A stretch of DNA of 64,000 nucleotides from Candidatus Multivoradales bacterium (GTDB lineage: Bacteria; Acidobacteriota; Thermoanaerobaculia; Multivoradales; J023). How positions within the stretch are numbered: the stretch's first letter is position 1; the number at the start of each line of letters is the position of its first letter. The position numbers and the translations under genes were made by a program. Positions 19,525 through 29,222 of the stretch are shown piece by piece. Location of the stretch: positions 896,001 through 960,000 of the forward strand of contig CBDFLE010000006.1 in assembly GCA_965248925.1 (NCBI GenBank), read 5' to 3'. Under the pieces are notes generated by a model. It worked only from the letters and a program-made list of their open reading frames with translations, was not told the origin of the DNA and searched no databases.

Positions 19525-20280
19525 ATGAAAGCCACCGCCGCCACCAGCGCCACCGTCGAACGCCCCTGGCGGCTGTTCGCGCGGCGTTTTTCGATGCTCA
19601 GTGGCGCCCTTTTCCTCGCCCTAGCCCTACTCGCCGCCGACCCGCCGACTAGCGATGGCGCCGACCCCCAAGTCGCCCTGCGCGAAGGCAACCGCCTTTT
19701 TCGCGACGGTCAGCTCGAAGCCGCCGTCGAGACCTACCGCGGCGCCTACCGCCCCGGCATCCTCCACCCCACTCTGGCCTACAACCTGGGCACCGCCCTG
19801 CACCATCTGGATCAGATTCCCGAAGCCATCCTCTGGTACCACCGTGGCGCCGACGCCGACGATCCCTGGTTGCAAGAAAACCTCTGGTTAGCCCGCCGCA
19901 CCCTGGGCAGCCAGGCGGTGCCACCGGGCAATTGGCTAGCCCGCTGGGTACCCTGGGCCAACAGCCTGCGCCTGGCCGCCATCGGCCTCGCCTGGCTCGG
20001 CCTGCTGCTGCTGATCGTCTCCAGTCGCATCCCCTGGTGGACCGCCCTCTCGGTCGGCCTACTCGGCACCGCCCTCTACCTCGGTGCCCACGGCCTCGAC
20101 CGCTGGGGACCCGCCCAAGGCGTGCTGCTCCAGCCCTGCGCCACCGCAGCCGGCGAACTCCCCGCCGGCACCGAAGCCTGGGTACGCCGCCAAGCCGACC
20201 AAAGCTGGGCCGTACTCTCAGGCGGCGCCCGGCTGAACTGCCCCGCCGACGCCATCAAGCTGGTCTTCCCCCGCGGCTGA
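19525..20280 (+). CDS. TPR membrane protein BatE-like
   Basis: GNRLF...YNLGTA...AILWY TPR, two TM helices; last gene of the operon. Confidence 0.75.
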   Translation: MKATAATSATVERPWRLFARRFSMLSGALFLALALLAADPPTSDGADPQVALREGNRLFRDGQLEAAVETYRGAYRPGILHPTLAYNLGTALHHLDQIPEAILWYHRGADADDPWLQENLWLARRTLGSQAVPPGNWLARWVPWANSLRLAAIGLAWLGLLLLIVSSRIPWWTALSVGLLGTALYLGAHGLDRWGPAQGVLLQPCATAAGELPAGTEAWVRRQADQSWAVLSGGARLNCPADAIKLVFPRG

Positions 20281-20399
20281 ACCCTACCGCCACCATCTTC
20301 GCCCCCAACCAGCGCAACCGCGCCGGCTGCTTTGCGTATATTCTTGTGACAGGGCATGCATCGCTCTACAACACCGGTTATCACCCCAGGAGATCCGCG

Positions 20400-22013
20400 A
20401 TGCTCTCGAGAACAATTTTGCCGTCGCCAAATTGGCGCGGCATCGCCGCCGTTGCTCTAGTAGCTGCTCAGCTGCTGGCACCGGCGGCAGGGGCCAAACG
20501 GTCCAAGAAAGCCGCTTCCACCACCAAATTCGCCGCCCGCAGCGCCGAGGATCTGCTGATCGTCGACTGCCTGCTGCCGCCCAAGCTGCGCCGGCTGGGG
20601 CGACGTAACACCTACCTCGAACCGCGGCGACCGATCCGTGCCACGGCGGTCGAATGCCGCATCCGTGGCGGTGAACACACTGCGCCGGATCAGGCCAGCC
20701 TGGCCACCGCGCTCAAGGTGTGGCTGCCACAAGCTCGCGCCGGCAGTCCCGAGGCGCAGTTCTACACCGGGCAGATTTTCGAGCGCGGGCTGGGCACCGA
20801 GCCCGACTACGCCAGTGCCCTCGAGTGGTACGGCCGCGCTGCCGAGCAGGGCTACGCCCCGGCGCAGATCAATCTCGGCTACCTCTACGAGATCGGTCTC
20901 GGCACTGAGCGCGACGAGCTGGCGGCGCTGAACTTGTATCGCGCCGCCGCCGGCCTGGCCGAAGGCATGGTGATGCTCGGCGAAGCCGACTACGAGGCCT
21001 TGCGCCAGGCTGAGCGGGAACTCGCTGGGCAAAGCCAAGAAGTCGAGGATCTGGAGCGGGAGGTCGACTCTCTGCGACAGCAGATCGAGCGTCTCGAATC
21101 AGAGTCCAGCAGCGAACGCCAGACCGCCACCACGCTGCGCAAGACCCTCGGCCGCTTACAAGCGCAACTGAGCGAGCGCCGCCACCAGGCCAGCGCCAGC
21201 CAGCAACGCATCGCCGAACTGGAGCGCAGTGTGCAGCAAGACCCGCTGAGCCAGCGTTCAATACCTGCCACCAGCGATCTCGATTTTGGCGCCTACCATG
21301 CCCTGGTGGTGGGCAATGGCGCCTACCGGCACCTGCCCGAGCTGACCACCGCCGTTGGCGACGCCGAGAAGGTGGCTGCGCTGCTGCGGCAGAAGTATGG
21401 TTTCGAGGTCGAGCTGCTGACCGATGCCACCCGCTTTGAGACCATGTCGGCCCTCAATCGACTGCGCCAGGAACTGACTCAAGAGGACAACCTGCTGGTG
21501 TTTTATGCCGGCCACGGCTGGCGCGACGAACGCGGCGAGAACGCCTATTGGCAGCCGGTGGATGCCGAGGAGGACAGCCCGGCGAATTGGATTGCCAGCG
21601 CGCTGATCGCCGAACACCTCGACCTGATCCCGGCCAAGCATGTGCTGCTGCTGGCCGACTCGGTGTTCAGCGGCCTCAGAACCCGCTCTTCGGTAGCCCG
21701 CTTGCCCCACGGCATGACCGAGGAGGAACGTCACCACCACCTGCGCCTGATGCTCGATCGGCGCTCGCGGCTGGCCCTGACCTCGGGCGCCCCGCGGCCC
21801 ATCGACTCGGGGGAGAATCCCGCCGGCTCGGTGTTCGCCAAGGCTTTCGTTTCAGCGCTCGAAGAAAACCAAGGAGTGCTCGAAGCCTCGCGCCTCTACT
21901 TCCAGCTCAATGACCGCCTGAGCACCGCCCAGCGCCCAGCGCCCGAGTTCGCCTCGATGCGTTGGACGCGCAATAACGTCGCCGATTTCTTCTTCGTAGC
22001 GCGGGCCAACTAG
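20400..22013 (+). CDS. Exported Sel1-repeat / coiled-coil / caspase-fold (C14) protein, catalytic Cys absent
   Basis: Signal peptide, VDCLLP...CRIRGGE, Sel1 repeats, YHALVVGN, FYAGHG and ADSVFSG. Start at ATG 20400. Confidence 0.85.
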   Translation: MLSRTILPSPNWRGIAAVALVAAQLLAPAAGAKRSKKAASTTKFAARSAEDLLIVDCLLPPKLRRLGRRNTYLEPRRPIRATAVECRIRGGEHTAPDQASLATALKVWLPQARAGSPEAQFYTGQIFERGLGTEPDYASALEWYGRAAEQGYAPAQINLGYLYEIGLGTERDELAALNLYRAAAGLAEGMVMLGEADYEALRQAERELAGQSQEVEDLEREVDSLRQQIERLESESSSERQTATTLRKTLGRLQAQLSERRHQASASQQRIAELERSVQQDPLSQRSIPATSDLDFGAYHALVVGNGAYRHLPELTTAVGDAEKVAALLRQKYGFEVELLTDATRFETMSALNRLRQELTQEDNLLVFYAGHGWRDERGENAYWQPVDAEEDSPANWIASALIAEHLDLIPAKHVLLLADSVFSGLRTRSSVARLPHGMTEEERHHHLRLMLDRRSRLALTSGAPRPIDSGENPAGSVFAKAFVSALEENQGVLEASRLYFQLNDRLSTAQRPAPEFASMRWTRNNVADFFFVARAN

Positions 22014-22140
22014 GAGGCCCTGAGGGACCGGCCGAGGACCGTGCTCCCACCAGTTCCGGTGCAGCCAGGAAAGTCGCAGCACGCGGCAGAAGCTCACCAA
22101 CCAGTTCACTCCAAAGTTCATCACCAGCAGGGATTCTCCA

Positions 22141-25100
22141 ATGCTCGATCTTCTCGCCCCTGGGATTCAACATAGCACCATCACCCGACCAACCTCCGCC
22201 ACCGACAACAGCCGCTGGCTGACCGCTATCGCCACCGCCACCGCGCTACTCGCCAGCCTGGCCGGCAGCGCCGCCGAGGGCCAAACCTACGATCTGCAGT
22301 TCACCCCGATGGGCGGCACCGTCTCAGAAGCCGCCGGCTTCTTGCAGGTGTCGGTATCGCTGATCGGCTGCACCAATCCGCAGGCCAATCTCTCAATCAC
22401 CGCACAAGTGGTAAAACTGCAAAACGAAGCCGAAGCCTCTGATGTCGGCAATCCATCGCCCAGTCCTTTCATCCTCGGCCGAGACAACGCGCTGCAGGTG
22501 ATCACCGTGCCGATTTTCCAAGACAACATCTTGGAAGGGGACGAGCTCTTCAACCTCAGGATCGGCAAGAGCACGCTCGCCGAAATCAGCCTAATGCCTT
22601 GCGACGAGGGCAACCTCAGTCTGGGCAGCGCTACTTACCAAGCCACCTTCACCATCATTGATGACGACCTGCGTCAGGTATCGATCGACGACGTGGTGCT
22701 GGTCGAGGGAGACAGCGGCGCGACCAGCAGCGCGGTCTTCACCGTCACCATGACCCAGCCGACCCAGCTGGCCGCCGACATCGCCGGCCCCTGGACGGTT
22801 ACCTACGCCACCACCGATTCCTCGGCGCGGGTGGCCGATGGTGACTATCAGTCAGCCTCCGGCCAGCTGGCTTTTGGCAGTAACGATCTGACAGCAACCA
22901 TCACCGTGCTGCTCAACGGCGACGATAAATTCGAACCTGATGAGACCTATTTCGTCGACCTGTTGGGGGCCAGTGGCACCGGCGTGCAGATCATCGACAG
23001 CCGGGGCCGTGGCTCGATTAACAACGACGACCCCCAACCGTTGGTGTCGATCGCCGACATCACCCTCAGCGAGGGCGACGCCGGCACCACCAATGCCAAC
23101 CTCACGGTGACCCTGTCCAGCCCGACCGCCAACAACGTCACGGTGCAATACACCACCCTCGATGGCAGTGCCACGGTGGCCAGCGGCGACTATCAAGCGG
23201 CCAGCGGCACGGTGATCTTCGACGCCGACACTGCCCAGCTGACCCGCTCGCTGACCGTGCTGGTCAACGGCGATAACGAACTCGAAGGGGACGAGGAATT
23301 CATCGTCCGACTGACCAGTTCCACCCATGCCGGCATCAGCCTCGCCGACGCCACCGTCACCCTCACCAACGACGATGTCGCGGTGATGCCCGGCATCAGC
23401 ATCGGCGATATGCAGATCGTCGAGGGGGACAGCGGTGAACAGAACCTGGTGTTCACCGTCAACCTGGAGGAGCCCACCACCTTGCCGGTCAGTGTGGACT
23501 ACATCACCGAAAGCCTCACCGCTAGCCCTGGTTCCGACTACAACCCAGAAACCGATAACCTGACCATCCCCCCCGGCAGCCCGAGTGGCGAGATCCTGGT
23601 TCGCGTCTTCGGCGACACCGACATTGAGAGCGACGAGACTTTTGCCGTCAGGCTGTCGAACCCGGTCAACGGCATCTTCCGCTCGGCCGGCGCCAATGTC
23701 GCCATCGGCACCATCCTCAACGACGACAACGCGCCACCCTTCGTCTCGATCGCCGATTTGACAATGAATGAGGGTGACAGCGGCAGCACCGACTTCGTCT
23801 TCATCGTCACCCTTTCTGAAGCTGCCGGCTCGGTGGTCGATGTCAACTGGATGCCCAGCGACGGCAGCGCCATTCGCGGCGAGGACTACACCTCGCCGTT
23901 CGACCGCAAGTTGCCCTTTCCCCCTGGCTCGACTAGCCAGACCCTGACCGTAATGGTGTTCGGCGACACTGACTTCGAGGGCGACGAGACCTTCAATATC
24001 ACCCTGGTCAATCCCACTGGAGTGCAGATTGCCGATGGCGACGCGGTGGGCACGATCCTCAACGACGACAGCCCGATCGTGCCCGACATGTCGATAGAGG
24101 ACTTGGTAGTCGTCGAAGGCAACTCCGGCAGCACCACCGCCGTTTTCAACGTGCTGCTCTCTGAAGCCACTACCGAGCTCATCTCGGCCGATTGGGGCAC
24201 CACCCGCGGCGCCGGCACTGCCACCGAAGACGTGGACTACGGCGTCACCGGCGGCATGGTGACCTTCGATCCGGGCGACGTGGCGAAGACTGTCGAAGTA
24301 GAGATCTTTGGCGATACGACAGTCGAAGACGACGAGACCTTCTTGGTCAAGCTCAGCGACGCGCCGGGCTTCGTCATCGTCGGCGGCAACGCCACCTGCA
24401 CCATTCTCAACGACGACAACGAGCCGCCCTTCGTCTCGATCCTCGACGCCGACTCTGACGAGGGAGACCAAGGAACCACCCGAGTGGAACTCACCGTCAC
24501 TCTTTCAGAAGCCTTGCCGGCAGATTTGTTGATCGGCTACAGCCTGCAACCCAACACCGCCGACGACAGCGATTACCTCGACCCCGGCGCCCAAACCCTG
24601 ACCATCCCCAGCGGCTCGCTGAGTGCCCCGCTGCCGGTCGACATCCGTGGCGACACCGAGATCGAGGAGGATGAGTCCTTCACCGTGATGCTCGACTCGA
24701 TCCCCGCCACCGCCCAACTAGCCGATGGCGAAGGGAGAGTGACGATTCGCAACGACGACCAACTCACCCCGCCGCCAGCGGCCCAGGTGACGATCTCAGA
24801 TCTCACTCTCACCGAGGGCGACCAGGGCACCACCAACGCGGTCTTCACCGTTACCGTCACCAGCAGCGAAGCGCAGACCGTGAGTGTTGACTACACCACT
24901 GAGGACGGCAGCGCCCAGGCCGCCGACCAGGACTACCGGCCCGCCGCCGGCAAGCTGGTGTTCAGCAACGTGGACAGCAGCGCGGCGCAGGCGATCAGCG
25001 TCGAAGTGATCGGTGACCAGCGGCTGGAAGACGACGAAGACTTCTTCGTCCAGCTCTCGGGCGCCGGCCTCGACTTCACCCGCGCCCGCGCTCGCGCCAC

Positions 25101-28100
25101 CCTCAGCAACGACGATCAGGGAGCCCTCCCCGCTCTCTCGATCTCAGATCTGACGCTTGCTGAAGGCGACTCAGGCAACACCAGCATCCAGCTGATGGTC
25201 AGCCTGTCGACCGCCGCCGCTGGGCCGGTGGAGGTGAGCTACGCCACCCGCGACGGCAGCGCCAACGCTCCCGGCGACTACCCTTCGCGTAGCGGGCGCC
25301 TGAGCTTCCCTACCGGCAGCCTGAGCCAGCCGATCGAACTCAGCGCGGTCGGCGATAGCGACGTCGAAATGGACGAGACTTTCTTCGTCGACCTGGCCAA
25401 TCCCAGCGCTGCCACTCTCGCCGACGGCAGCGGTCAGGTGACCCTGACCAACGACGACAGCGGCCCGCTGCCCGAGCTGACCATCGGCGACATGGAGGTG
25501 GTGGAGGGCGACCAGGGCAACACCAACGCGGTGTTCCAGCTCACTCTGTCTACAGCCGGCTCCAGTCCGGTGACGGTGAGTTATGGCACCACCGACGGCA
25601 GTGCCAGCGAGGCCGATGGCGACTACCTGTCGGCCTCCGGCCAGCTGACTTTCGATATTGGCCAAACTAGCCAGGCGATCACCGTGCAGGTGGTCGGCGA
25701 CCGCCGCTTGGAAGGGGACGAGAACTTCTTTGTTGACCTCTCGGCGATCAGCGGCGCCAGCCTGATGGACAGCCGCGGCCGGGGCCGCATCCTCAACGAC
25801 GACCAAGGCCAGCTGCCCTCGTTAACGGTCGCCGACGCCACCCTGCAAGAGGGCGACTCGGGTAGCAGCAACGCTACCTTCCGGATCAGCCTGTCAGCGG
25901 CCGTCAACACTCAAGTAGCGGTCGACATCGCCACCCAAGACGGCAGCGCCAGCACTGCCGACGGCGACTACCAGGCCCTCTCCAGGCGCCTGGTCTTCCA
26001 GCCCGGCCAGCTGCAAATCGATGTGGCGGTGCAGGTCTTCGGCGATGAGCGAGTGGAGAACGACGAGACCTTCACCGTCCTGCTCACCAACCCGGCCGGC
26101 GCCACCTTGTCGGACGATAGCGCTAGCGGCACCATCTTCAACGACGATGCCTTCACCGTGCCGAGCATCAGCATTGCCGACAGGGCGTTGAAAGAGGGTG
26201 ATAGCGGCAGCACCGCAGTCGAACTCAGAGTGCAATTGAGCGCACCCAGCGGCCGGGCCGTGCAGGTCGACTTCGCTACCCGTGACGGCAGCGCCACCGC
26301 CAATGATGACTACCGTCCGACCAGTGGCCGGCTGAACTTCGCTCCTGGCCAGGTGCAGCGGGAGCTCACCGTCGAGGTGCTGGGCGATACCACCGAAGAG
26401 CCCGACGAGAGCTTCTCCATCGTGCTCTCCAATCCCCTCGCCGGCCTGCTCAGCGACGCCACCGGCAGAGTACATATCACCAACGACGACGTCGCCCTAG
26501 GCCGGCTACGCTTGCTACCCCCGGCCAACACCCAGGAGGCCGCCGGTGAGGCGGTGATCGAAGTCGAGCGCTTCGGCCCGCCGGGTCGCGCCGTCGAAGT
26601 GACCGTGACGGCGAGTCCCGGCAGTGCCGAGGACGGTAGCGACTTCGCCGCCCGCGCCCAGGTCCTGTCGTGGCCGGCCGGCGAACTCGGTATCCGCCAA
26701 TTTCGTTTCCCTCTGGTCGACGACAGCATCGAAGAAGGGGACGAGACCATTCGCATCGAACTCTCCAAGCCGGTCGACGCAACCATCGATGAGCCGGGGA
26801 TGATGGAGCTGATAGTGATCGACGACGACACGCCGATGACTATCGAACCGATCAGCGAACCTCAGACCACCGCCACCGTCGGCGACCTGCTAGAGCTGCG
26901 CGCCCGCGTCAGCCGCGAAGATGGCCGGCCAGTGGAGGGAGCTTTGGTCGATTGGTCGATCGCAGGTGAGGCCGAGATCAGCGGCGATCCGACCACCCTC
27001 AGCGACAGCGCTGGCGAGGTCAGCCAGAGCATCAAGATCGGCTCGCGACCGGACCAGATCGTGGTCACCGCGACGGTGCGCGGCACCGAGGCCAGCGCAC
27101 TGTTCGAACTCACCGCCGAAGGCGACTTGGCCGAGGTTACCGGCAACCCCGGCGGCGGCGACGGCGACACCATCGCCGACGTGCTCGACGAGACCTGCCC
27201 CGGCGCCAGCGGCGAACTCGGCGAACTATGCGACTACGTTTTCGATCTCGACAACGTCGACCAGGTGGAGTTGATCGACCAGATCACTCCCGACGACGAA
27301 CTTGAAGCACAGGCCACCGCCACCCTCGACGCACCGCAAGTGCAGCTACGCAACGTACTGGCCCGCTTGAACGCGCTGCGCGGCGGCACCCGCGAGACCA
27401 TCGACCAACTAGCCTTCGACAACCGAGGCCAGGGCCTCAATCCGGCCGCTCTGCGGATCGCCATGACCAGCGGCAGCGACCTCGACCAGCTGCGCCAGCA
27501 GATCGACGCCGCCCTCGTCGCCGGTCAGGGCGAGTTGCTGGCCGAGCCCCGCGGTGGAGCGGCCAGCGCCGACCCGGCCAGCGACCCGTCAACCGAAGAT
27601 GAAAGCCCTTGGGGAGTGTTCGTCAACGGCCGAGTGTCCTTCGGTAAGCGCCCACAACGGGGCCAAGATCCCGGCTTCGACATCGAGGTCCAAGGTCTCA
27701 CCGCTGGCGCCGACTACCGTTTCGGCAAAGGTGTTCTGGGTGCCGCCGTGGGCTTCTTCGCCACCGACAGCCAGTTGGCCCAGGGAGGCGGCTCGCTGAA
27801 AGCCGATGGCTGGGCGCTGTCGGTCTACGCCAGCCACTTCGCTCAGCACTTTTACCTCGACGGCGTGGTGACCTATGGTTGGAGCGACTACGAACTCGAA
27901 CGCAACATCCTGCTACCGCACCCTTTCCGCGGCCAGCGCCGCTTCATCGCCCGCGGCACGCCGGCCGCCAGCCAATTGGCGGCGACCTTGGGGGCGGGTT
28001 ACGACTTCACCCTCAGCAGCACCCGCCTGACCGGCTTCGCCCGGCTTAGTTGGGTCGATGCCGACATCGACGGCTACAGTGAACTCGGCGCCGGCCCTTT

Positions 28101-28455
28101 CGACCTGAACTTGGCCGCCCAAAATCTCAAATCCCTGCTCTCAGAAACCGGTGCTGAAGTGAGCTTGCCGATCAGCTACAGCTGGGGGGTACTGCAACCC
28201 ATACTCCGCGGTTCCTACCTGCACGAATTCGAAGACAACAGCCGGCTGATCCGCGGCAGCTTCTCCCAAGACCTATCAGGCAACGAATTCGTCATCGCCA
28301 CCGACGCTCCCGACCGCGACTTCTTCAACTTCGCGGCCGGCCTGTCGGCGATCCTCCCCCATGGCCGGACCTTGTACCTGATCTACGACACCGATCTCGA
28401 GCGGGATGACTTGCGGCTCTACACCTTGACAGCAGGAGCACGGTTGCAATTCTGA
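22141..28455 (+). CDS. Autotransporter adhesin with about 13 Calx-beta domains and an Ig-like domain
   Basis: Repeated SIxDxxxxEGDSG...EGDETFxVxL...ILNDD units; C-terminal barrel (GLTAGADYR) ending RLQF. Confidence 0.92.
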   Translation: MLDLLAPGIQHSTITRPTSATDNSRWLTAIATATALLASLAGSAAEGQTYDLQFTPMGGTVSEAAGFLQVSVSLIGCTNPQANLSITAQVVKLQNEAEASDVGNPSPSPFILGRDNALQVITVPIFQDNILEGDELFNLRIGKSTLAEISLMPCDEGNLSLGSATYQATFTIIDDDLRQVSIDDVVLVEGDSGATSSAVFTVTMTQPTQLAADIAGPWTVTYATTDSSARVADGDYQSASGQLAFGSNDLTATITVLLNGDDKFEPDETYFVDLLGASGTGVQIIDSRGRGSINNDDPQPLVSIADITLSEGDAGTTNANLTVTLSSPTANNVTVQYTTLDGSATVASGDYQAASGTVIFDADTAQLTRSLTVLVNGDNELEGDEEFIVRLTSSTHAGISLADATVTLTNDDVAVMPGISIGDMQIVEGDSGEQNLVFTVNLEEPTTLPVSVDYITESLTASPGSDYNPETDNLTIPPGSPSGEILVRVFGDTDIESDETFAVRLSNPVNGIFRSAGANVAIGTILNDDNAPPFVSIADLTMNEGDSGSTDFVFIVTLSEAAGSVVDVNWMPSDGSAIRGEDYTSPFDRKLPFPPGSTSQTLTVMVFGDTDFEGDETFNITLVNPTGVQIADGDAVGTILNDDSPIVPDMSIEDLVVVEGNSGSTTAVFNVLLSEATTELISADWGTTRGAGTATEDVDYGVTGGMVTFDPGDVAKTVEVEIFGDTTVEDDETFLVKLSDAPGFVIVGGNATCTILNDDNEPPFVSILDADSDEGDQGTTRVELTVTLSEALPADLLIGYSLQPNTADDSDYLDPGAQTLTIPSGSLSAPLPVDIRGDTEIEEDESFTVMLDSIPATAQLADGEGRVTIRNDDQLTPPPAAQVTISDLTLTEGDQGTTNAVFTVTVTSSEAQTVSVDYTTEDGSAQAADQDYRPAAGKLVFSNVDSSAAQAISVEVIGDQRLEDDEDFFVQLSGAGLDFTRARARATLSNDDQGALPALSISDLTLAEGDSGNTSIQLMVSLSTAAAGPVEVSYATRDGSANAPGDYPSRSGRLSFPTGSLSQPIELSAVGDSDVEMDETFFVDLANPSAATLADGSGQVTLTNDDSGPLPELTIGDMEVVEGDQGNTNAVFQLTLSTAGSSPVTVSYGTTDGSASEADGDYLSASGQLTFDIGQTSQAITVQVVGDRRLEGDENFFVDLSAISGASLMDSRGRGRILNDDQGQLPSLTVADATLQEGDSGSSNATFRISLSAAVNTQVAVDIATQDGSASTADGDYQALSRRLVFQPGQLQIDVAVQVFGDERVENDETFTVLLTNPAGATLSDDSASGTIFNDDAFTVPSISIADRALKEGDSGSTAVELRVQLSAPSGRAVQVDFATRDGSATANDDYRPTSGRLNFAPGQVQRELTVEVLGDTTEEPDESFSIVLSNPLAGLLSDATGRVHITNDDVALGRLRLLPPANTQEAAGEAVIEVERFGPPGRAVEVTVTASPGSAEDGSDFAARAQVLSWPAGELGIRQFRFPLVDDSIEEGDETIRIELSKPVDATIDEPGMMELIVIDDDTPMTIEPISEPQTTATVGDLLELRARVSREDGRPVEGALVDWSIAGEAEISGDPTTLSDSAGEVSQSIKIGSRPDQIVVTATVRGTEASALFELTAEGDLAEVTGNPGGGDGDTIADVLDETCPGASGELGELCDYVFDLDNVDQVELIDQITPDDELEAQATATLDAPQVQLRNVLARLNALRGGTRETIDQLAFDNRGQGLNPAALRIAMTSGSDLDQLRQQIDAALVAGQGELLAEPRGGAASADPASDPSTEDESPWGVFVNGRVSFGKRPQRGQDPGFDIEVQGLTAGADYRFGKGVLGAAVGFFATDSQLAQGGGSLKADGWALSVYASHFAQHFYLDGVVTYGWSDYELERNILLPHPFRGQRRFIARGTPAASQLAATLGAGYDFTLSSTRLTGFARLSWVDADIDGYSELGAGPFDLNLAAQNLKSLLSETGAEVSLPISYSWGVLQPILRGSYLHEFEDNSRLIRGSFSQDLSGNEFVIATDAPDRDFFNFAAGLSAILPHGRTLYLIYDTDLERDDLRLYTLTAGARLQF

Positions 28456-28529
28456 AGTGCTCTTCCTTGAAGAGGGTGGCACCCCTTGCGGCTGGCCCAT
28501 CTCGACGATGTCGAGGACCAGCATCGCCT

Positions 28530-28885
28530 TCAACTCTCGTCCGCGATCCGCAGCGCCGTGGATCGAGTTGCCGGGTCGAGCCAGAATCCCAGTGCTTGAA
28601 GCTGACCCAGGATCGGTTGTACCGCGTCCAAGTGCCCCTCGGCCTTTGCCTTCAGCAGCACGCCGAGTGTGCCGGTGAATGGAATCTTCAAGTGCCTGGC
28701 AAAGTGCCGCGCAAGTCCGTCGTCGAGCACGGCGAGCACGTCCGATCGACCGGCGGCCAGCGACAGCACTTCTCGTTCGCCTTGGCCCAGATCAGCAACC
28801 AGCGGCAGGATGTCCAGATGAGGAGCGGGCCGAACCCTCAGCCAATCCAACTGATCGAGATTGGGCAGCGACACCCCTTGCGCGA
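28530..28885 (-). pseudogene. 5'-truncated DUF3368 (PIN-like) gene
   Basis: DLGQGEREVL, LDDGLAR and TGTLGVLLKAK motifs are present. The N-terminal NTSPL region and the usual upstream UPF0175 partner are absent. Confidence 0.7.
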
Positions 28886-29222
28886 TGGCAGAGGCTCGTC
28901 GGAGATGTAGATTCCCTCCAGAAGAGCGCGGATCATGAGCCGATCTTGCCCTATGAAGATCTCGCCGACAAGAGTTATGCGCTGGCGCCTATGGGTCGCA
29001 ACTCACTGATTCTACTGGCGGACGGAGTATCGGCGAGGGACAGCCCCTCACTGAATATCCGTGCACGGCATTTTCCTAGGGAGAGGGTGCTTACAAGTTG
29101 GCCGCCGCCATGGGAGAATCAACCTTTGCTCAAGCGTGCCATTGGTTGTCGAGGGTTCCGTTTGGCTGAGCTTTCGTGATGTCGAAGATCTGCTCACAGT
29201 GCGGGGGGCGGGGAGTCTCCGA

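Noticed and set aside
11805-20280. MoxR-vWA-TPR operon as a novel system
   Set aside because: Matches the established Bat/MoxR-proper gene order.
28469-28487. AAGAGGGTGGCACCCCTT hairpin as a dispersed copy of the REP-like unit
   Set aside because: The similarity is too short, and it could simply be a 3' hairpin of the autotransporter transcript.
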